A stretch of 54,168 nt of DNA, from assembly GCF_004010195.1 (NCBI RefSeq), contig NC_057719.1, positions 16,233,641 to 16,287,808 of the forward strand, written 5' to 3'. Made by a program: the position numbers and the translations under genes. Numbering within the stretch: the first letter of the stretch is position 1; the number at the start of each line of letters is the position of its first letter. This document shows, one piece after another, positions 11,340-24,770 of the stretch. The notes beneath the pieces were generated by a model that saw only the letters and a list, made by a program, of their open reading frames with translations, did no database searches and had not been told where the DNA came from. The DNA is from Chiloscyllium plagiosum (lineage: Eukaryota).

Positions 11340-14300
11340 TGCAACAAACAGCGAAATTCACAGCTGACCTTGGAGGAACCTGCGTGGGAGAGCTCACAGC
11401 ACAGGAACAAATACGTGCATAGTTTTTAAGTGTAGTTTTGCTGTAAATCGACAATAGAGAATAGAGTGGGCTCTTTCTTGATTATATGTTTTATTGAGAT
11501 CTGACTCCTGATTAAATTTTGAAAATATAAGCCATAAATATTAAGTTGGCCTGGAGCGATAAGGCAGTGTTATTTTCTGGTTCGGTAGATTGTGAAGGAG
11601 CAAAGATGGCCTTCAGTAGAGTGATGTGCTATTCCAGTCGGATGTGGGAGATTAGGGAGAGTTTCTATTTACTGATGATTATGTCTACAGGAAGTATCTT
11701 TGGTTGCAAATCCCGTCATATCGCATGGATCAGTTAGAGCAGCAGTTACAGGCAATAAGGAATTGACAGGAGCGAGGGGTGTGATGGATGGCAGTTATAG
11801 AAAGGGAGAGGATGCAGAATATTCTCAAAGGGATGAGGGATCATCAGGGTTCAATGTACACATTGAAACCATTAACATAGGAAGAGAAAGGGATGAGATT
11901 CTGAAGGGAGAATATAGAAAGTTAAGCAGGAATTTAAAAAGGACATCCTCAAGGGTAGTAATATCTGGATTAGTCTCAGTGCTATGAGCTAGTGAGCGTA
12001 GGAATAGGAGGATAGAACAGATGAATGTGTGGCTGAGAGGTGGTGCAGGGGAGAAGGGTTCACATTTTTGGATCATTGGAATCGCTTCTGGGGTAGAAGT
12101 GACCTGTATAAGAAGATGGATTGCACATGAATTGGAAGGGGACTAATATACTGGCAGTGAGATTTGCTCGAGCTGCTCAGGAGGATTTAAACTACTAAGG
12201 TAGGGGGTTGGGACCCAGGGAGATAGTAAGGAAGGAGATTGATCTGAGACTGGTATAGTTAGGAAAAGGAATGAATCAAATAGTGAGGGCAGGCAAGAAA
12301 AAAAGCAGAGAACAAGGTAGAACTGATAAATTAAACTGTGTTTATTTCAATGCACGAGGCCTAACAGGGAAGGCAGATGAACTCAGGGCATGGTAAGAAA
12401 CATGGGACTGGGATATCATAGCAATTACAGAAACATGGCTCAGGGATGGACAGGACTGGCAGCTTAATGTTCCAGGATACAAATGCTAATGGAAGGACAG
12501 AAAGGGGGGGGGCAAGAGAGGAGGGGGAGTGGTGTTTTTGATAAGGGATAGCATTACAGCTGTACTGAGGGAGGATATTCCCAGAAATACATCCAGGGAA
12601 GTTATTTGGGTGGAGCTGAGAAATAACAAAGGGATGATCACTTTATTGGGATGGTATTATAGACCACTCCCCCAATAGTCAGTGGGAAATTGAGAAACAA
12701 ATTTGTAAGGAGACCTCAGTTATCCGTAAGAATAATAGGGTGGTTATGGTAGGAGACTTTAACTTTCCAAATATAGACTGGGACTGCCATAGTGTTAAGA
12801 GTTTAGATGGAGAGGAATTTGTTAAGCATGTACAAGAAAATTTTCTGATTCAGTATGTCGATGACCTACTCTTGGGAAATAAGGCAGGGCAGGTGACTGA
12901 GATGTCAGTGGGGGAGCACTCTGGGGCCAGCGACCATAATTCTATAAGATTCAAAATAATGATGGAAAAGGATAGACCAGATCTAAAAGTTGAAGTTCTA
13001 AATTGGAGGAAGGCTAGTTTGGTATTAGACAAGAACTTTCTAAAGTTGATTGGAGGCAGATGTTCCCAGGTAAAGGGACGGCTGGAAAATGGGAAGACTT
13101 CAGAAATGAGATAACGAGAGTCCGGAGACAGTATATTGCTGTTAGGGCGAAAGGCAAGGCTGGTGGGTGTAGGGAATATTGGATGACTAAAGAAATTGAG
13201 GGTTTGGTTAAAAAAAGAAAGCATATGCCACGCATAGACAGCAGAGATCGAGTGAATCCTTAGAAAAGTATAAAGGCAGTAGGAGTATACTTAAGAGGGA
13301 AATCAGGAGGGCAAAAATGGCACATGAGATAGCTTTGGCAAATAGGGTTAATGAGAATCGAAATGCTTTTTATAAATATATTAAGGACAAAAGGGTAACT
13401 AGGGAGAGAATAGGGCCCCTCACGATCAGCAATGCAGCCTATATATGGAGCGACAGGAGATGGGGAGATAGTAAACAAGTATTTTGCGTCAGTGTACACT
13501 GGGGAGAAGGACATGGAAGATATTGAATGTGGGGAAATAGATGGTGAGATCTTGGAAAAAGTCCATATTATAGAGGAGGAGGTGCTAGATGCCTTAAAAT
13601 GCATAAAACTCCCCAAGATCTGATCATCAAAACTCTGTGGGAAGGTAGGGAAGTGATTGGTGGGCCCTTTGTTGAGATATTTGTATCATCGATAGTCACA
13701 GGTGAGGTGCCAGAAGACTGGAGGTTGGTGAACGTGATTCTACTATTTAAGAAAGGTGGTAAAGAAAAGCCAGGGAACTATAGACTGCTGAGCCTGATAT
13801 CAGTGATGGGCAAGTTGTTGGAGGGAATCTTGAGGGAAAAGGATTTACATGCACTTGGAACGGCAAGGACTGATTAGGGATAGTCAACATGATTTTGTGC
13901 ATGGGAAATCATGTCTCACAAACTTGAATGAGATTTTTGAAGAAATACCAAAGAGGGTTGATGAGGGCAGAGCTATGTTGACTTCAGTAAGGCATTCAAC
14001 AATGTTCCTCATGGTAGATTGGTTGGCAAGGTTAGGGCTCATGGTGTAAAGGGAGAACTAGCCATACAGAACAGAGGGTTCATGATGGAGGGTTGCTTTT
14101 CAGACTAGAGGCTGTGGCCAGTGGTTTGTCACTAGAATCAGTGCTGGGTCCACTGCTTTTCATCAGTTATATAAATTATTTGGATGGGAGCATAGGAGGT
14201 AGTGTTAGTAAGTTTGCAGATGACATCAAAATTGGAGGTGTAGTGAACAGCGAAGACAGTTACCACGGAGTACAACAGAATCTTGATCAAATGGGCCAAA

Positions 14301-15123
14301 GGGCTGAGAAGTGTCAGATGGAATTTAATTTAGATAAATTTGAGGCGCTGCATTTGGAAAGGCAAATCAGAGCAGGACTTATGCACTTTATGGTAAGGTC
14401 CTGGGGAGTGTTGCTTAACAAAGAGACCATGGAGTGCAGGTTCATAATTCCTTGAAAGTAGAGTCACAGGCAGATAGGATAGTGAAGAAGGCTTTTGGTA
14501 TGCTTTCCTGTCTTGGACAAAGCATTGAGTATAGGAGTTGAAAGGTCAAGTTATGGCTGTATAGGGCATTGCTGATGCCACTTTTGGAATTTATTGTGTA
14601 ATTCTGGTCTCCCTCCTCTTGGAAGGATGTTGTAAACTTGAAAGAGTTCAGAAAAGATTTTCAAGGAGGTTGCCAGGGTTATAGGATTTGAGCTATCGGG
14701 AGAGGCTGAATAGGCTGGGGCTGTTTTCCCTGGAGCATCGGAGGCTAAGGGATGACCTTATAGAGATGTATAAAGTCATGAAGGGAATGGATATGGTAAA
14801 TAGACATGGTCTTTTCCCTGTGATAGAGGAGTCCAGAACTAGAGGGCATGTGTTTAGGATGAGAGTGGAAAAATTTAAAAGGGACCCAAGTGGCAATTTT
14901 TTCACACAGAGAGTGGTGCACGTATGGAATGAGCTGCCAGAGGAAGTGGTGGAGGCTGGTACAATTACAGCATTTAAAAGGCATCTGGATGTGTATATGA
15001 ATAGGAAGTATTTAGAGGGATATGAGCCAAGTGCTGGCAAATGATTAGGATATCTGGTCGGCATGGATGAGTTGGACCAAAGGGTCTGTTCCTATGCTAT
15101 ACATCTCTATGACCCTATGACTC
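11340..15123 (+). mobile_element. CR1 LINE, near full-length (5'UTR, deleted ORF1 from about 11607, degenerate ORF2 from about 12330)
   Basis: 5'UTR and ORF1 are homologous to 53225-54168. ORF2 motifs FNARGL, AITETWL, GDFNFPNIDW, SDHN, KFADD, RLGLFSLE; tail repeats at about 15105-15123. Confidence 0.92.
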
Positions 15124-15831
15124 TAATACCAGTTGAATTATTCTTTTTAATCAAGTCTACAATTCCCATCATAATATCCTCTTTGCAATGTGTTGTTCTG
15201 TTATTTCAACCAAATTACAACTGTGGGACACTATTCAAACATTTTTCATTGTTGACAAAACTATCCATATGAAATAACTTAGTACAAATTAATATTTCAT
15301 TTGGAATTCAAGTTGGATAAAATGTAGCTAAAGCTTTATCAATTACAGCATTGTTTCTCTATCCAGCAGCTGACAAATTTGTCATTTGTTTTATATTAAC
15401 TGCAACTAATTTTAGATTTTTCTATGCAATGTAGTTTGATGCTCACATATATTCCCACTCATTTGGCCACTGTCGGGTGCCCTAGTTCTACTTAGGCTTC
15501 ACCCTAGTTAATTGCTTCTATTTTCACATTCATGCACAAAAGCCTTTTTACAGAAGAATACCCCCATGCTGTAATAGTGGAAATATGTTCCATTTATCTA
15601 ATCTGTTCCAAGTGAAGATCTAATAAGCCTTATTAGTTTCCAGCAAAGCCCCTGAGTGGCTGTATACTAGTCGTGGTGCATCATTTGTATGGAAGAGGAA
15701 AGGTTTTGGGAGTTACGTCAACAACTACATCTCAGCACTGACCAAGTATGAGCTAATAATGTTAGTAAAAACATGGATCAGTTCATGCATTACTCAATGA
15801 AGAGCACATTTTAGTTAGAGATTCTCTAGTG

Positions 15832-16143
15832 ATTAGATTCCCTACAGTGTGGAAACAGACCCTTCAGCCCAACAAATCCATACCAACCTTCCGAAGAGTA
15901 ACCCACCCAGACACATTTCCCCCTGACTAATGTACCTAACATTATGGGCAATTTAGCATGGTCAAATCACTTGACCTGCACATCCTTTGGAATGTGGGAG
16001 GAAACTGGAGCATCCGGAGGAAACCCTTGCAGACACGGGGAGAATGTGCAGACTCCATATTGACAGTCGCCCAAGGCAGGGATTGAATCCGTGTCCCTGG
16101 AGCTGTGACGCAGCAGTGCTAACCACTGAGCCACCATGCCGCC
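15832..16143 (-). mobile_element. HE1-type V-SINE (tRNA-derived)
   Basis: Reverse complement ggcggcatggtggctcagtggttagcactgctg (A box), B box, V-domain ggagtctgcacattctcccc and a CR1-like tail. Confidence 0.9.
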
Positions 16144-16226
16144 CCATGGTGGATAGAGGCAGGAAAACAAAGACAGGCTTTTTTATTTAAAGAAACAAGA
16201 TTAAATCATTCTGTTCCTTTTCTTAC

Positions 16227-16346
16227 CCTCACAGCCTGTTCCGTCCGAGTTTAACTCATATCCAGTATCACAGCGACAAAGGAAGGAACCATAGGTGTTG
16301 ATGCAATGCTGGCTACAAGGATTCTCTCCTGCACATTCATCGACAT
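16227..16346 (-). CDS. fbln5: Fibulin-5 exon, cbEGF4 (not in ORF track)
   Basis: 120 nt, tag|AT...GAG G|gtaag. Translates [40 protein letters not shown] (human [40 protein letters not shown]). I found no next exon between 1 and 16226, so it probably lies beyond the left edge. Confidence 0.93.
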
Positions 16347-16859
16347 CTAGAGCATGGACATACAGAATCAGTGTCAGCACAGCGAATCACTTGTTACAAT
16401 GTAATCTAGAAAATATCCTTTATCTCCTTATGAAAATATTGTCACGGTGAATATCAGGTGACTACTGTCAATAACCAACATAAATTTCGAGAGTGTTGAA
16501 CTGGGGTTAAAGAGGCAACCAGCAAAGAGTTCAGTGTTAAAGAGTGAGCACAAGGTAAAAATATCTTACAGTCTAGATACATAGGCAAGGGAAATACTTA
16601 TTTAAAAAATGAATGTAAATGACAAATAATTGACCTTCTGTCCAAAACAGCAATGCTTTTTTTAAAAATTACAATTGGATGTGACTTATCAGGCTAAAGT
16701 ATAAAGCCTGATATACTTTGAATAAGCATCATCTACACATCTATTTATTACAATTTATGGAACATGTGGCTTGTAAATTGATTGTATTTCATGCAAGGGA
16801 AACTACTTTCCTACTATTCATATCAGCATTTACACAATTCTACATCTAGATCACTACTA

Positions 16860-17110
16860 TCATTAACACTCCCTTTGTATTTTGCTCTGGGCTCTCTCAC
16901 TATCTGTTCGACTCACTCTTCCTTCCCTCTATCAACAACATAAAAAAAACATTAGTTTCCAAACCCCCTTCAATTCTGCAGAAGAATCATGTTTAGCTGA
17001 ATGTTAATCTGTTTCTCTCTCCAGAAGCGCTGCCAGACCTGTTGAGTTTCTCTAGCTCTTTGTGGCTTTTATTATTTCAGATCAGCAGCATCTCCATTAC
17101 TTTGTTTTAA
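16860..17110 (+). mobile_element. Old Penelope-like pLTR fragment
   Basis: tttctctctccagaagcgctgccagacctgttgagtttc...cagcatctcc, similar to the other PLE ends in the window. Confidence 0.6.
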
Positions 17111-18214
17111 TTTCACTGTAACTATTTTATTGGCTATAAAACATTTTTATGATGGCCTGAGATTATAATAGGCACTATATTAATGCAAGACTTTTTTTTT
17201 ATTTTTGCAACAAATGTTCACTACAGTTAAAGAAATCCTCAAGTGATACAAGCCTGCATCCCAAAAAAGGAACCGTCAAAAATTGTTGCCTCAGAGACAA
17301 ATAATGCTCCAACAATGGCTAATTTCAATAACTATGCTACCAGCATCCCCCACTCTTGGGATTAATGCTTTGCTCTCCTACCAGAGTCAGCCTATCATAG
17401 GCAGAAAGGCAGAAGATGATTGAAGATAAATCCATGTGTATGGAAACAGTTATCTCTGTAATCAGCCTGTCTAACTTGCTGATACCTGGAATGAGGTGCT
17501 GCTTGGCACTGCCTACCCACAGAGTAATATTTCTTGAAATGGCAGAACAAAGGCAAGTGGTGACTGGGTAGATGGTTGCAGGGGCGAACTAATGCATTAG
17601 ATCTATGCTCAGCTGAGTGAACAATTACTGCAATAGAGTGCCTACAATTTTCCATCATGATAGTAAGACATGGGGGCTATCAGTTGAAGATGCACTCTCT
17701 CACATAGTTAACATGAAATATGTAGCTTACAGCATTAAGATCCATTGCCTAAGGAATGGTACTGCTAGATGGGCCATGGATGAAGCAACGCTTCCAGTTT
17801 TGGACATTCAGCTTTCAGGATGAATATTGGTTTGGGGAAAAAATGAAAAAAAACATAGATGGAAGAACCTCCTAAATCATGTGTACATGTATCAAGAGGG
17901 ACATAAGACTGTCACAGAAAGTCATGACTTACAAACTTTCCACTGTGCTCATTTAACATGTGACAATAAAGCTAAAGCTAAAGTCTGTTTTTAATGAAAA
18001 TGATGACTTAATGAAAATGAAAGTCTGTAATCAGGTGTTGAAGGGTAATTAACAGGTGAATAAGGAGAAGCTTGATGTACTAAATCAGGTGAAGAAAACA
18101 AAGAAATTTCATTACTAAGAACTAAGAAAACAAATCCAAGTGTAACTTATCAGTAATTTTTTTTTACCTGGACCTCTTAATTTATTGCCAAGAGTGTCAC
18201 ATACTTCCTTCATT

Positions 18215-18530
18215 TATTCTTTCAAGGGATGTGACATTGTTGGCTTGGCCAACGTTTATTGCCTATCCCCAATTGCCCTTGACAAGGTGATGATGAGCCA
18301 TCCTGTTGAACCACTGCAGTTCCATGGGATGCAGGACCACCAATAGTGCTATTAGGAAGTGAGTTCCAGGATTTTGACTTAACGATAGAAAAAGATATGG
18401 CGATATAATTCATGTGTGGGAGGTGTGTAGCTTGGAGGGGTACTTGCAGCTGGTCATGTTCACCTCCTTTGAGGTGGTAGAGTTCATGGATTTGGAAGAT
18501 GCTGAAGGAGCTTTATTGAGTTGCTACAAA
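18215..18530 (-). mobile_element. CR1/L2-group LINE 3' end (second lineage)
   Basis: SKSWNSLPNS...HHHL.KGN-type C-terminus. Related copies at about 21480-21690, 24770-24975, 35570-35650, 40790-41365 and 48690-48760. Confidence 0.7.
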
Positions 18531-18683
18531 TGATGCATCAATTTAAACTGACAAAGGCAGCAAGTAATGAAGAGACTTGCTTTCTTTTAGAGCATTTCAT
18601 AACAAAGTGCTTCACAGCTAATTAAGCACCTTTGAAGTGCAGTCACTGTTGCAAAAAAATGTTGCAGCCAATTTGCACACAGT

Positions 18684-18993
18684 CTCAACCTCGCAACTCG
18701 GCACCGCCCTCTTGAATGGTCCTATCTGTCCATCTTCCTTCCCACCTATCTGCTCCACCCTCCTCTCTGACCCATCATTTTCACCCCCACCTTCATCTAC
18801 CTATCGCCTTCCCAGCTACCTTCCCCTCCAATTTATCTCTCAGCCCCCTTGGCCCAGAAGCCTCATTCCTGATGAAGGACTTATGCCCGAAATGTCAACT
18901 ATCCTGCTACTTGGATGCTGCCTGATCGGCTGTGGTATTCCAGCACCACACTCTTCAACTCTGATCACCAGCATCTGCAGTCCTCACTTTCTC
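18684..18993 (+). mobile_element. Penelope-like 3' end/pLTR (duplicated at 19142-19420)
   Basis: Reverse-complement homology to 33613-33930. Hammerhead core ctgatga at 18869. Confidence 0.85.
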
Positions 18994-19568
18994 ACAACAA
19001 TGTAATAATAACAAGATAATCTGTCTCTGTGATGTTTGAGATATAAACTTTGGGCGGGATACTGACAATAACTCCCCTGCTCTTTATTGAAGCATTTCAA
19101 TGGGATCTTTAACATCCACCTGAATGTGCACTCAATGCCTTAATGGTCCTATCTGTCCATCTTCCTTCCCACCTATCTGCTCCATCCTCCTCTCTGACCC
19201 ATCACTTTCACCCCCACCTTCATCTACCTATCGCCTTCCCAGCTACCTTCCCCTCCAATTTATCTCTCAGCCCCCTTGGCCCACGAGCCTCATTCCTGAT
19301 AAAGGACTTATGCCCGAAATGTCGACTATCCTGCTCCTTGGATGCTGCCTGATCGGCTGTGGTATTCCAGCACCACACTCTCCAACTCTGATCACCAGCA
19401 TCTGCAGTCTTCACTTTCTCAAAACAATGTAATAATAACAAGATAATCTGTCTCTGTGATGTTTGAGATATAAACTTTGGGCGGGATACTGACAATAACT
19501 CCCCTGTTCTTTATTGAAGCATTTCAATGGGATCTTTAACATCTACCTGAATGTGCACTCAATGCCTT
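18715..19568 (+). repeat. Tandem duplication, 2 x 427 bp
   Basis: 18715-19141 and 19142-19568 are collinear and differ by scattered substitutions. Confidence 0.95.
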
Positions 19569-20024
19569 AGTTTAACATGGCATCTTAAAGACAGAGCATC
19601 TCACCTTTGGTGGGAGTGTCATCTTTGAGCTTTGTGTTCACGTCCTGGACTGGGACTTGAATCCACAATCTCTTGGCACAGAGGAAAATGTGCTACTATC
19701 CAGGACAGGCTGGTACAAGGAGGGACATTGCAATTTTTTATGAAGGGTTGGATAAATCTAGGCTTTCTTCCTAATACAGGAAGATGTTGAGAATGGTCTA
19801 TCAATGGCTTTAATGATGAGGTGAACGTTTCTTTCTGGCTTATGATGAAATTATGCCATTGTTGGGGAATGGTTAGAAATATAGGGACATGCCAAAAAGC
19901 AGCAAGAAACAACTCAGCTCCAATGCATTTTAAACTGGAACATACAATGATTTCAAAAGTCACTGTGGCATGTCCCACTCTGCATTTTGCCACTTAGATG
20001 GAATGACGTCTAAAAGCTCATTAC

Positions 20025-20141
20025 CTTGACATGATCTCCCATCAGCGTTCAGTAGGAATCCAGCATTACACTGGCAGGAGTAGGAGCCAGCAATATTGGC
20101 ACACAGCTGCTGACAATATCCATGTCGACATTCATCAATAT
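20025..20141 (-). CDS. fbln5: Fibulin-5 exon, cbEGF3
   Basis: 117 nt, cag|AT...CAA G|gtaatg. Translates [39 protein letters not shown] (human [39 protein letters not shown]). Confidence 0.95.
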
Positions 20142-20404
20142 CTGGAGAAGAAACAGACAGGCGTGTAGAGAGAGACATGTTTTCACATTCAAAACAAGAG
20201 ATAATCACATAGCGTTTTACCTCTTTAGTTATCCCTTAACTTCAGGGGTGAATGCAAAGGAAGAACTTTCCTTTTGTATTGTGGTACAGGTGATGTTATT
20301 TTAAGAGATCCCATAAACTTAGGAGATAATTTAATTTAATCCTCATTTTAATTAAATATGTTTGAAAAATACTTATTTGCTCACTCCAAGCTAGGACAAA
20401 GAAT

Positions 20405-20937
20405 ATGAGAAAACCATAAGATAAGACCATAAGGCGTAGGAGCAGAACTTAGGCCATTCAGCCTATCGAGTCTACCTCACCATTTAATCATGGCTGATAA
20501 GTTTCTCATCCCCATTCTCCTGCTTTCTCCCTGTAACCCTTGATCCCCTTGACAATCAAGGACCTATCTATCTCAGTCTTAACTATACTCAATGACTTAA
20601 CTATATTCAAGGCCTCCACAGCCTTCTCTGGCAATGAATTCCATAGATTCACCACTCTCTGGCTGACGACGTTTCCCATTATCTCTGTTCTGAAAGGTCG
20701 TCCCTTTGCTTTAAGTCTGTGCCCTCAGGTCCTAGTCTCCTCTGCCAAAGGAAACATCTTCCCAACATCCACCCTGTCCAGGCCATTCAGTATTCTGTAA
20801 GTTACACTTGGATCCCCCCTCATTCTTCTAAACTCTATCAAGTATAGTCCCAGAGTCTTCAAACGTTCCTCATATGTTAAGCTTTTCATTCCTGGGACCA
20901 TTCTCGTGAACCTTCTCTGAACCCACCCCAGGGCCAA
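20405..20937 (-). mobile_element. CR1 LINE 3' fragment (same family as 2335-5378)
   Basis: VQRRFTRMVPGMKSLTYEERL..RRMRGD; (cataag)n tail. Confidence 0.9.
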
Positions 20938-21704
20938 TATGAAGCTTATGATTCCCTTTGTCCTCAACTATCTCTCACTTTCAATCTTAAATACTTCCAG
21001 ATATTGAGCATCCATAGCATCTAGGATAGAGAATTTGAAAGATTCACAACCAATATCAATCTGAAATGACAAGCCCTTTATCCTGAGACTCTGTACACCA
21101 AAATTCTCCAGGCGGAAAAATAGCAGCCTCTGTGCACCTGTCAAACTCTCAAAAAATGTATACTTTCCAGTGCATGACTTTTCATTCCCCTGAGTTCCAA
21201 AAGATTTAAAGTCCAGTCTACTAGACTTCCCTTCATATGTCATTCCTGTCACTGTAGTGAACAAGCTCCAGCTTTAATTTGCCTCATAGAAAAGAAGTCA
21301 GTGCACCACGTAGCACCCCTGGAAAATCCATGGGATTTCTCCAACAGAAGATTGCCACACTCTTTGAAGTACAAACAGTTAAAAAGGGCTGTAATTCTGG
21401 AGAGAAATCAGGAATAATCCATAATGTTTCACTGTCCTAAAGTGTTATTGTTAACTGAGAGTCAATTTGCTTTTATTAAAATTCACTTGTGGAATGCAGC
21501 CATTGCTGCCTCAGCCAGCATTTATTGCTTATCCCTAGTTGCCCTTGAGAAGTTGATGGTGAGCAGTCATCTTGAACCACTGCAGATCATGTGTTGTAGA
21601 TAGGTAATGTTTAACGTAGGGAGATGGGGACAGGGAAAGTACCAGAACTGATTGAAGAATCATCAGGCTGTCCTTTAATCTGATTGGAATATAGTTGAGG
21701 GGCT

Positions 21705-21927
21705 GAGATGTAGTACTGGCAAAGCACAGCAGGTCAGGCAGCATCTGAGAAGCAGGAGAATTGACGTTTCAGGCATAAACCCTTCATCAGAAATGAAGTT
21801 TCCTGATGAAGGGCTTATGCCCGAAACATCAATTCTCCTGGTCCTCGGATGCTGCCTGACCTGCTGTCCTTTCCCAGCAGCATACTCTCGACTCTGATCT
21901 CCAGCATCTGCAGTTCGCACTTTCTCC
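21705..21927. mobile_element. Penelope-like inverted pLTR pair with a hammerhead motif on each strand
   Basis: Arms of about 85 bp around a short spacer. Minus core at 21761-21790 (CUGAUGA-A-GGGU uuau GCCU-GAAACGUC); plus core at 21803-21830. Confidence 0.85.
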
Positions 21928-22277
21928 ACTGTTGCGGGGCCACAATGATTCCAGCCAGGAATTGTTTCCTCCTTTCAAACTTTGTCAGCAAAGTTGGGAA
22001 AATCATCTTTTATCAGCACAGTGGTAAATAGAGCTTGTTTCTCAATACATTTATCATTTTGCCTCAGGTAATAATTTGTTTGTCCTATTGCTGCATAGCA
22101 ACCAGAGAATGTCATCCACACCCAGCTGAGCCTGCTAATCTAGATGAGGCACCAGGTAGAAGGTAGGCAGTTCCTGACAGAGAGAGGGGAGAACTATTTG
22201 CAAAAAGGCTTACATTTTTACACATGCTGAGACCTGCATCAATCCTAGATATCCTGGCCAATGAATGGGAATGGGAA

Positions 22278-23197
22278 TTGACAATAGACAATAGGTGCAG
22301 GAGTAGGCCATTCTGCCCTTCAAGCCAGCACCACCATTCATTATGATCACGGCTGATCATCCTCAATCAGTATCCTGTTCCTGCCTTATCCCCATAACCC
22401 TTGATTCCACTATCCTTAAGAGCTCTGTCCAACTCTTTCTTGAAAGTATCCAGATACTTGGCCTCCACAGCCATCTGGGGCAGAGCATTCCACACACTCA
22501 CCACTTTCTGGGTGAAGAACTTTCTCCTCAACTCTGTTCTAAATGGCTTACCCCTTATTTTTAATCTATGTCCTCTGGTTCGGGACTCACCCATCAGCTG
22601 AAACATGCTTCCTGCCTCCAGAGTGTCCAATCCTTTAACAATCTTATACATCTCAATCAGATCCCCTCTCAGTCTTCTAAACTCAAGGTATACAAGCCCA
22701 GTCACTCCAATCTTTCAATGTAAGGTAATCCCGCCATTCCGGGAATTGACCTCGTGAACCTACGCTGCACTCCCTCAATAGCCAGAATGTCTTTCCTCAA
22801 ATATGGAGACCAAAACTACACACAATATTTCAGTGGCGGTCTAACCAGGGCCCTGTACAGCTGCAGAAGAACCTCTTTGCTTCTATACTCAATTCCTCTT
22901 GTTATGAAGGCCAGCATGCTATTAGCTTTCTTCACTACCTGCTGTACCTGCATGCTTGCTTTCATTGACTGGTGTCATTGTACTGCCCCTTTACCTAACT
23001 TGACTCCATTTAGGTAGTAATCTGCCTTCCTGTTCTTGCCACCAAAGTGGATAAGCACAAATTTTTCCACATTAAACTGCATCTGCCATGCATCTGTCCA
23101 CTCTCCTAGCCTGTCCAGGTCACCCTGTAATCACCTAACATCCTCCTCACATTTCACCCTGCCACCCAGCTTTGTATCATCAGCAAATTTGCTAATA
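22278..23197 (-). mobile_element. CR1 LINE 3' fragment
   Basis: KFADDTKLGG, RRLRGDLIEMYK, FFTQKVVSVWNALP. Confidence 0.92.
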
Positions 23198-23396
23198 TTA
23201 AAATTCTACTTCTTAGTGTTAGCTAGCTCACTGACCCAAGACTCACCATGACAGAGCTCAAATTGTTGAGGACTTGAGCATTAAAACTACAAAAAATTTA
23301 AGTCCTACCTATTTCCTCCCCATTTATTCCTGCATTACTGAGCAAGAATCATGTACAATTTTATTTTAATTCCTTTTCTTATCATAAAATGAATCA

Positions 23397-23576
<180 letters not shown>

Positions 23577-23664
23577 TCAAGATGCTAAGGTCATTCGTCA
23601 AAGGGAGTTAAAGAGAGATGACTTGCTCATTCATAGTAAATATGACAGATAGAACTGTTACGCA

Positions 23665-24280
23665 TACCAAGATAAAAACTAGGAGCAGGAGTAGGCAATT
23701 TAGCATTTCAAGCCTGCTCCTCTATTTAATATGATCATATAAAATTGTATGCAATACTCTGGGTGCATTCTTACTAATGCCTTGTACAACTGCAGCAGCA
23801 CTTCCTTACATTTATATCCTATTCTTTTAGCAATAAATGCCAAAATTCCATTTGCCTTCCTTGTTACCTGCTGCACCTGCATGCTAGTTTTCTGCAATTC
23901 ATGCACAAGGACTCCCAGATCCCCCTACAATAAAACACTCTGAAATTTCTCTCCATTTAGTTAATAAGTTGCATTTCCATTCCTCTGAACGAAATGGATG
24001 ATCTTATCCATGTCATCCTCATCTACCAAATTTTGGTCCATTCACTGAAACTATCCATATCAGTTTGTAAATTTCTTATTTACGCATCCAAACCCTAGAT
24101 TGTATGTACATAAGCCACCAAGGATTGAACCCTGTGGCATTCCAATCAGAAAAAGACCCATTTATCCTGACTCTCCGCTTTCTGTTGGTTAGCCAATCCT
24201 TTATCCAAGCTAATTACCCCTAACCTCATGTGATTTTGCCTTGTGTATTAATCTTTTGTGTGGCACCTTTATCAAGTGAA
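23665..24280 (-). mobile_element. CR1 LINE fragment, internally deleted
   Basis: QVQQVTRKANGILAFI..LYKALVR joined directly to the 3' tail. Confidence 0.8.
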
Positions 24281-24429
24281 TACACTGGAGAAATGAGAGT
24301 GAACTAGCATAACAACATGTGGGACAGTTTCTCTTTATACTCTCACTTTATAACCGGCTATAAATCTCCAAGTTAAGGGCTTGGATATTTCTCTCTTCAT
24401 TGACAGAGAAAAAAAAGTAAAGAAAAATA

Positions 24430-24770
24430 TAGACAAACAGCATTTCTTGCAGCGCCTGGACACTACATCAACAAAGCACTTCTGAAGTTCAGTGACACTT
24501 GTGCTGTAGGAAACACAGCAGACAATCTGCACAGCAATCTTCCACATATAATAATGTGATCATAGCAAGATAATCTATTCAGTGACATTGTTGAGGGATA
24601 AATATTGGCCAGACCAACTGTCTCGCTCTTCTTAGCAATAGAATCACAGGGTCTTTAATGCCCACTTTAGAGAAATGACAGAAGAATTGAGTCTAAGGCT
24701 GGAACTTCATTGCTACACTGGAGTATCATCAATATCTTTTTGTGCTCAATTAACTGAACTGGACTGGGCA
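24430..24770 (-). mobile_element. Deu-domain SINE
   Basis: gcagacaatctgcacagcaa...tgagggataaatattggccag, the reverse complement of the 1980-2232 core. Confidence 0.7.

Larger units (their letters stand above)
18575..19705 (-). mobile_element. Deu-domain SINE interrupted by a PLE fragment and a tandem duplication
   Basis: SINE 3' part at 18575-18683, body resumes at 18994, tRNA-like head with B box at about 19640-19705. Confidence 0.7.

Noticed and set aside
18637..19432. Paralogous small protein genes or a CRISPR-like array
   Set aside because: The similar ORFs arise from the 427-bp duplication of non-coding PLE sequence; there is no repeat-spacer structure.
19960..20208. ORF-track boundaries for the EGF ORFs (also 52284-52529)
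   Set aside because: The true coding parts are delimited by splice sites; the extensions are intronic.
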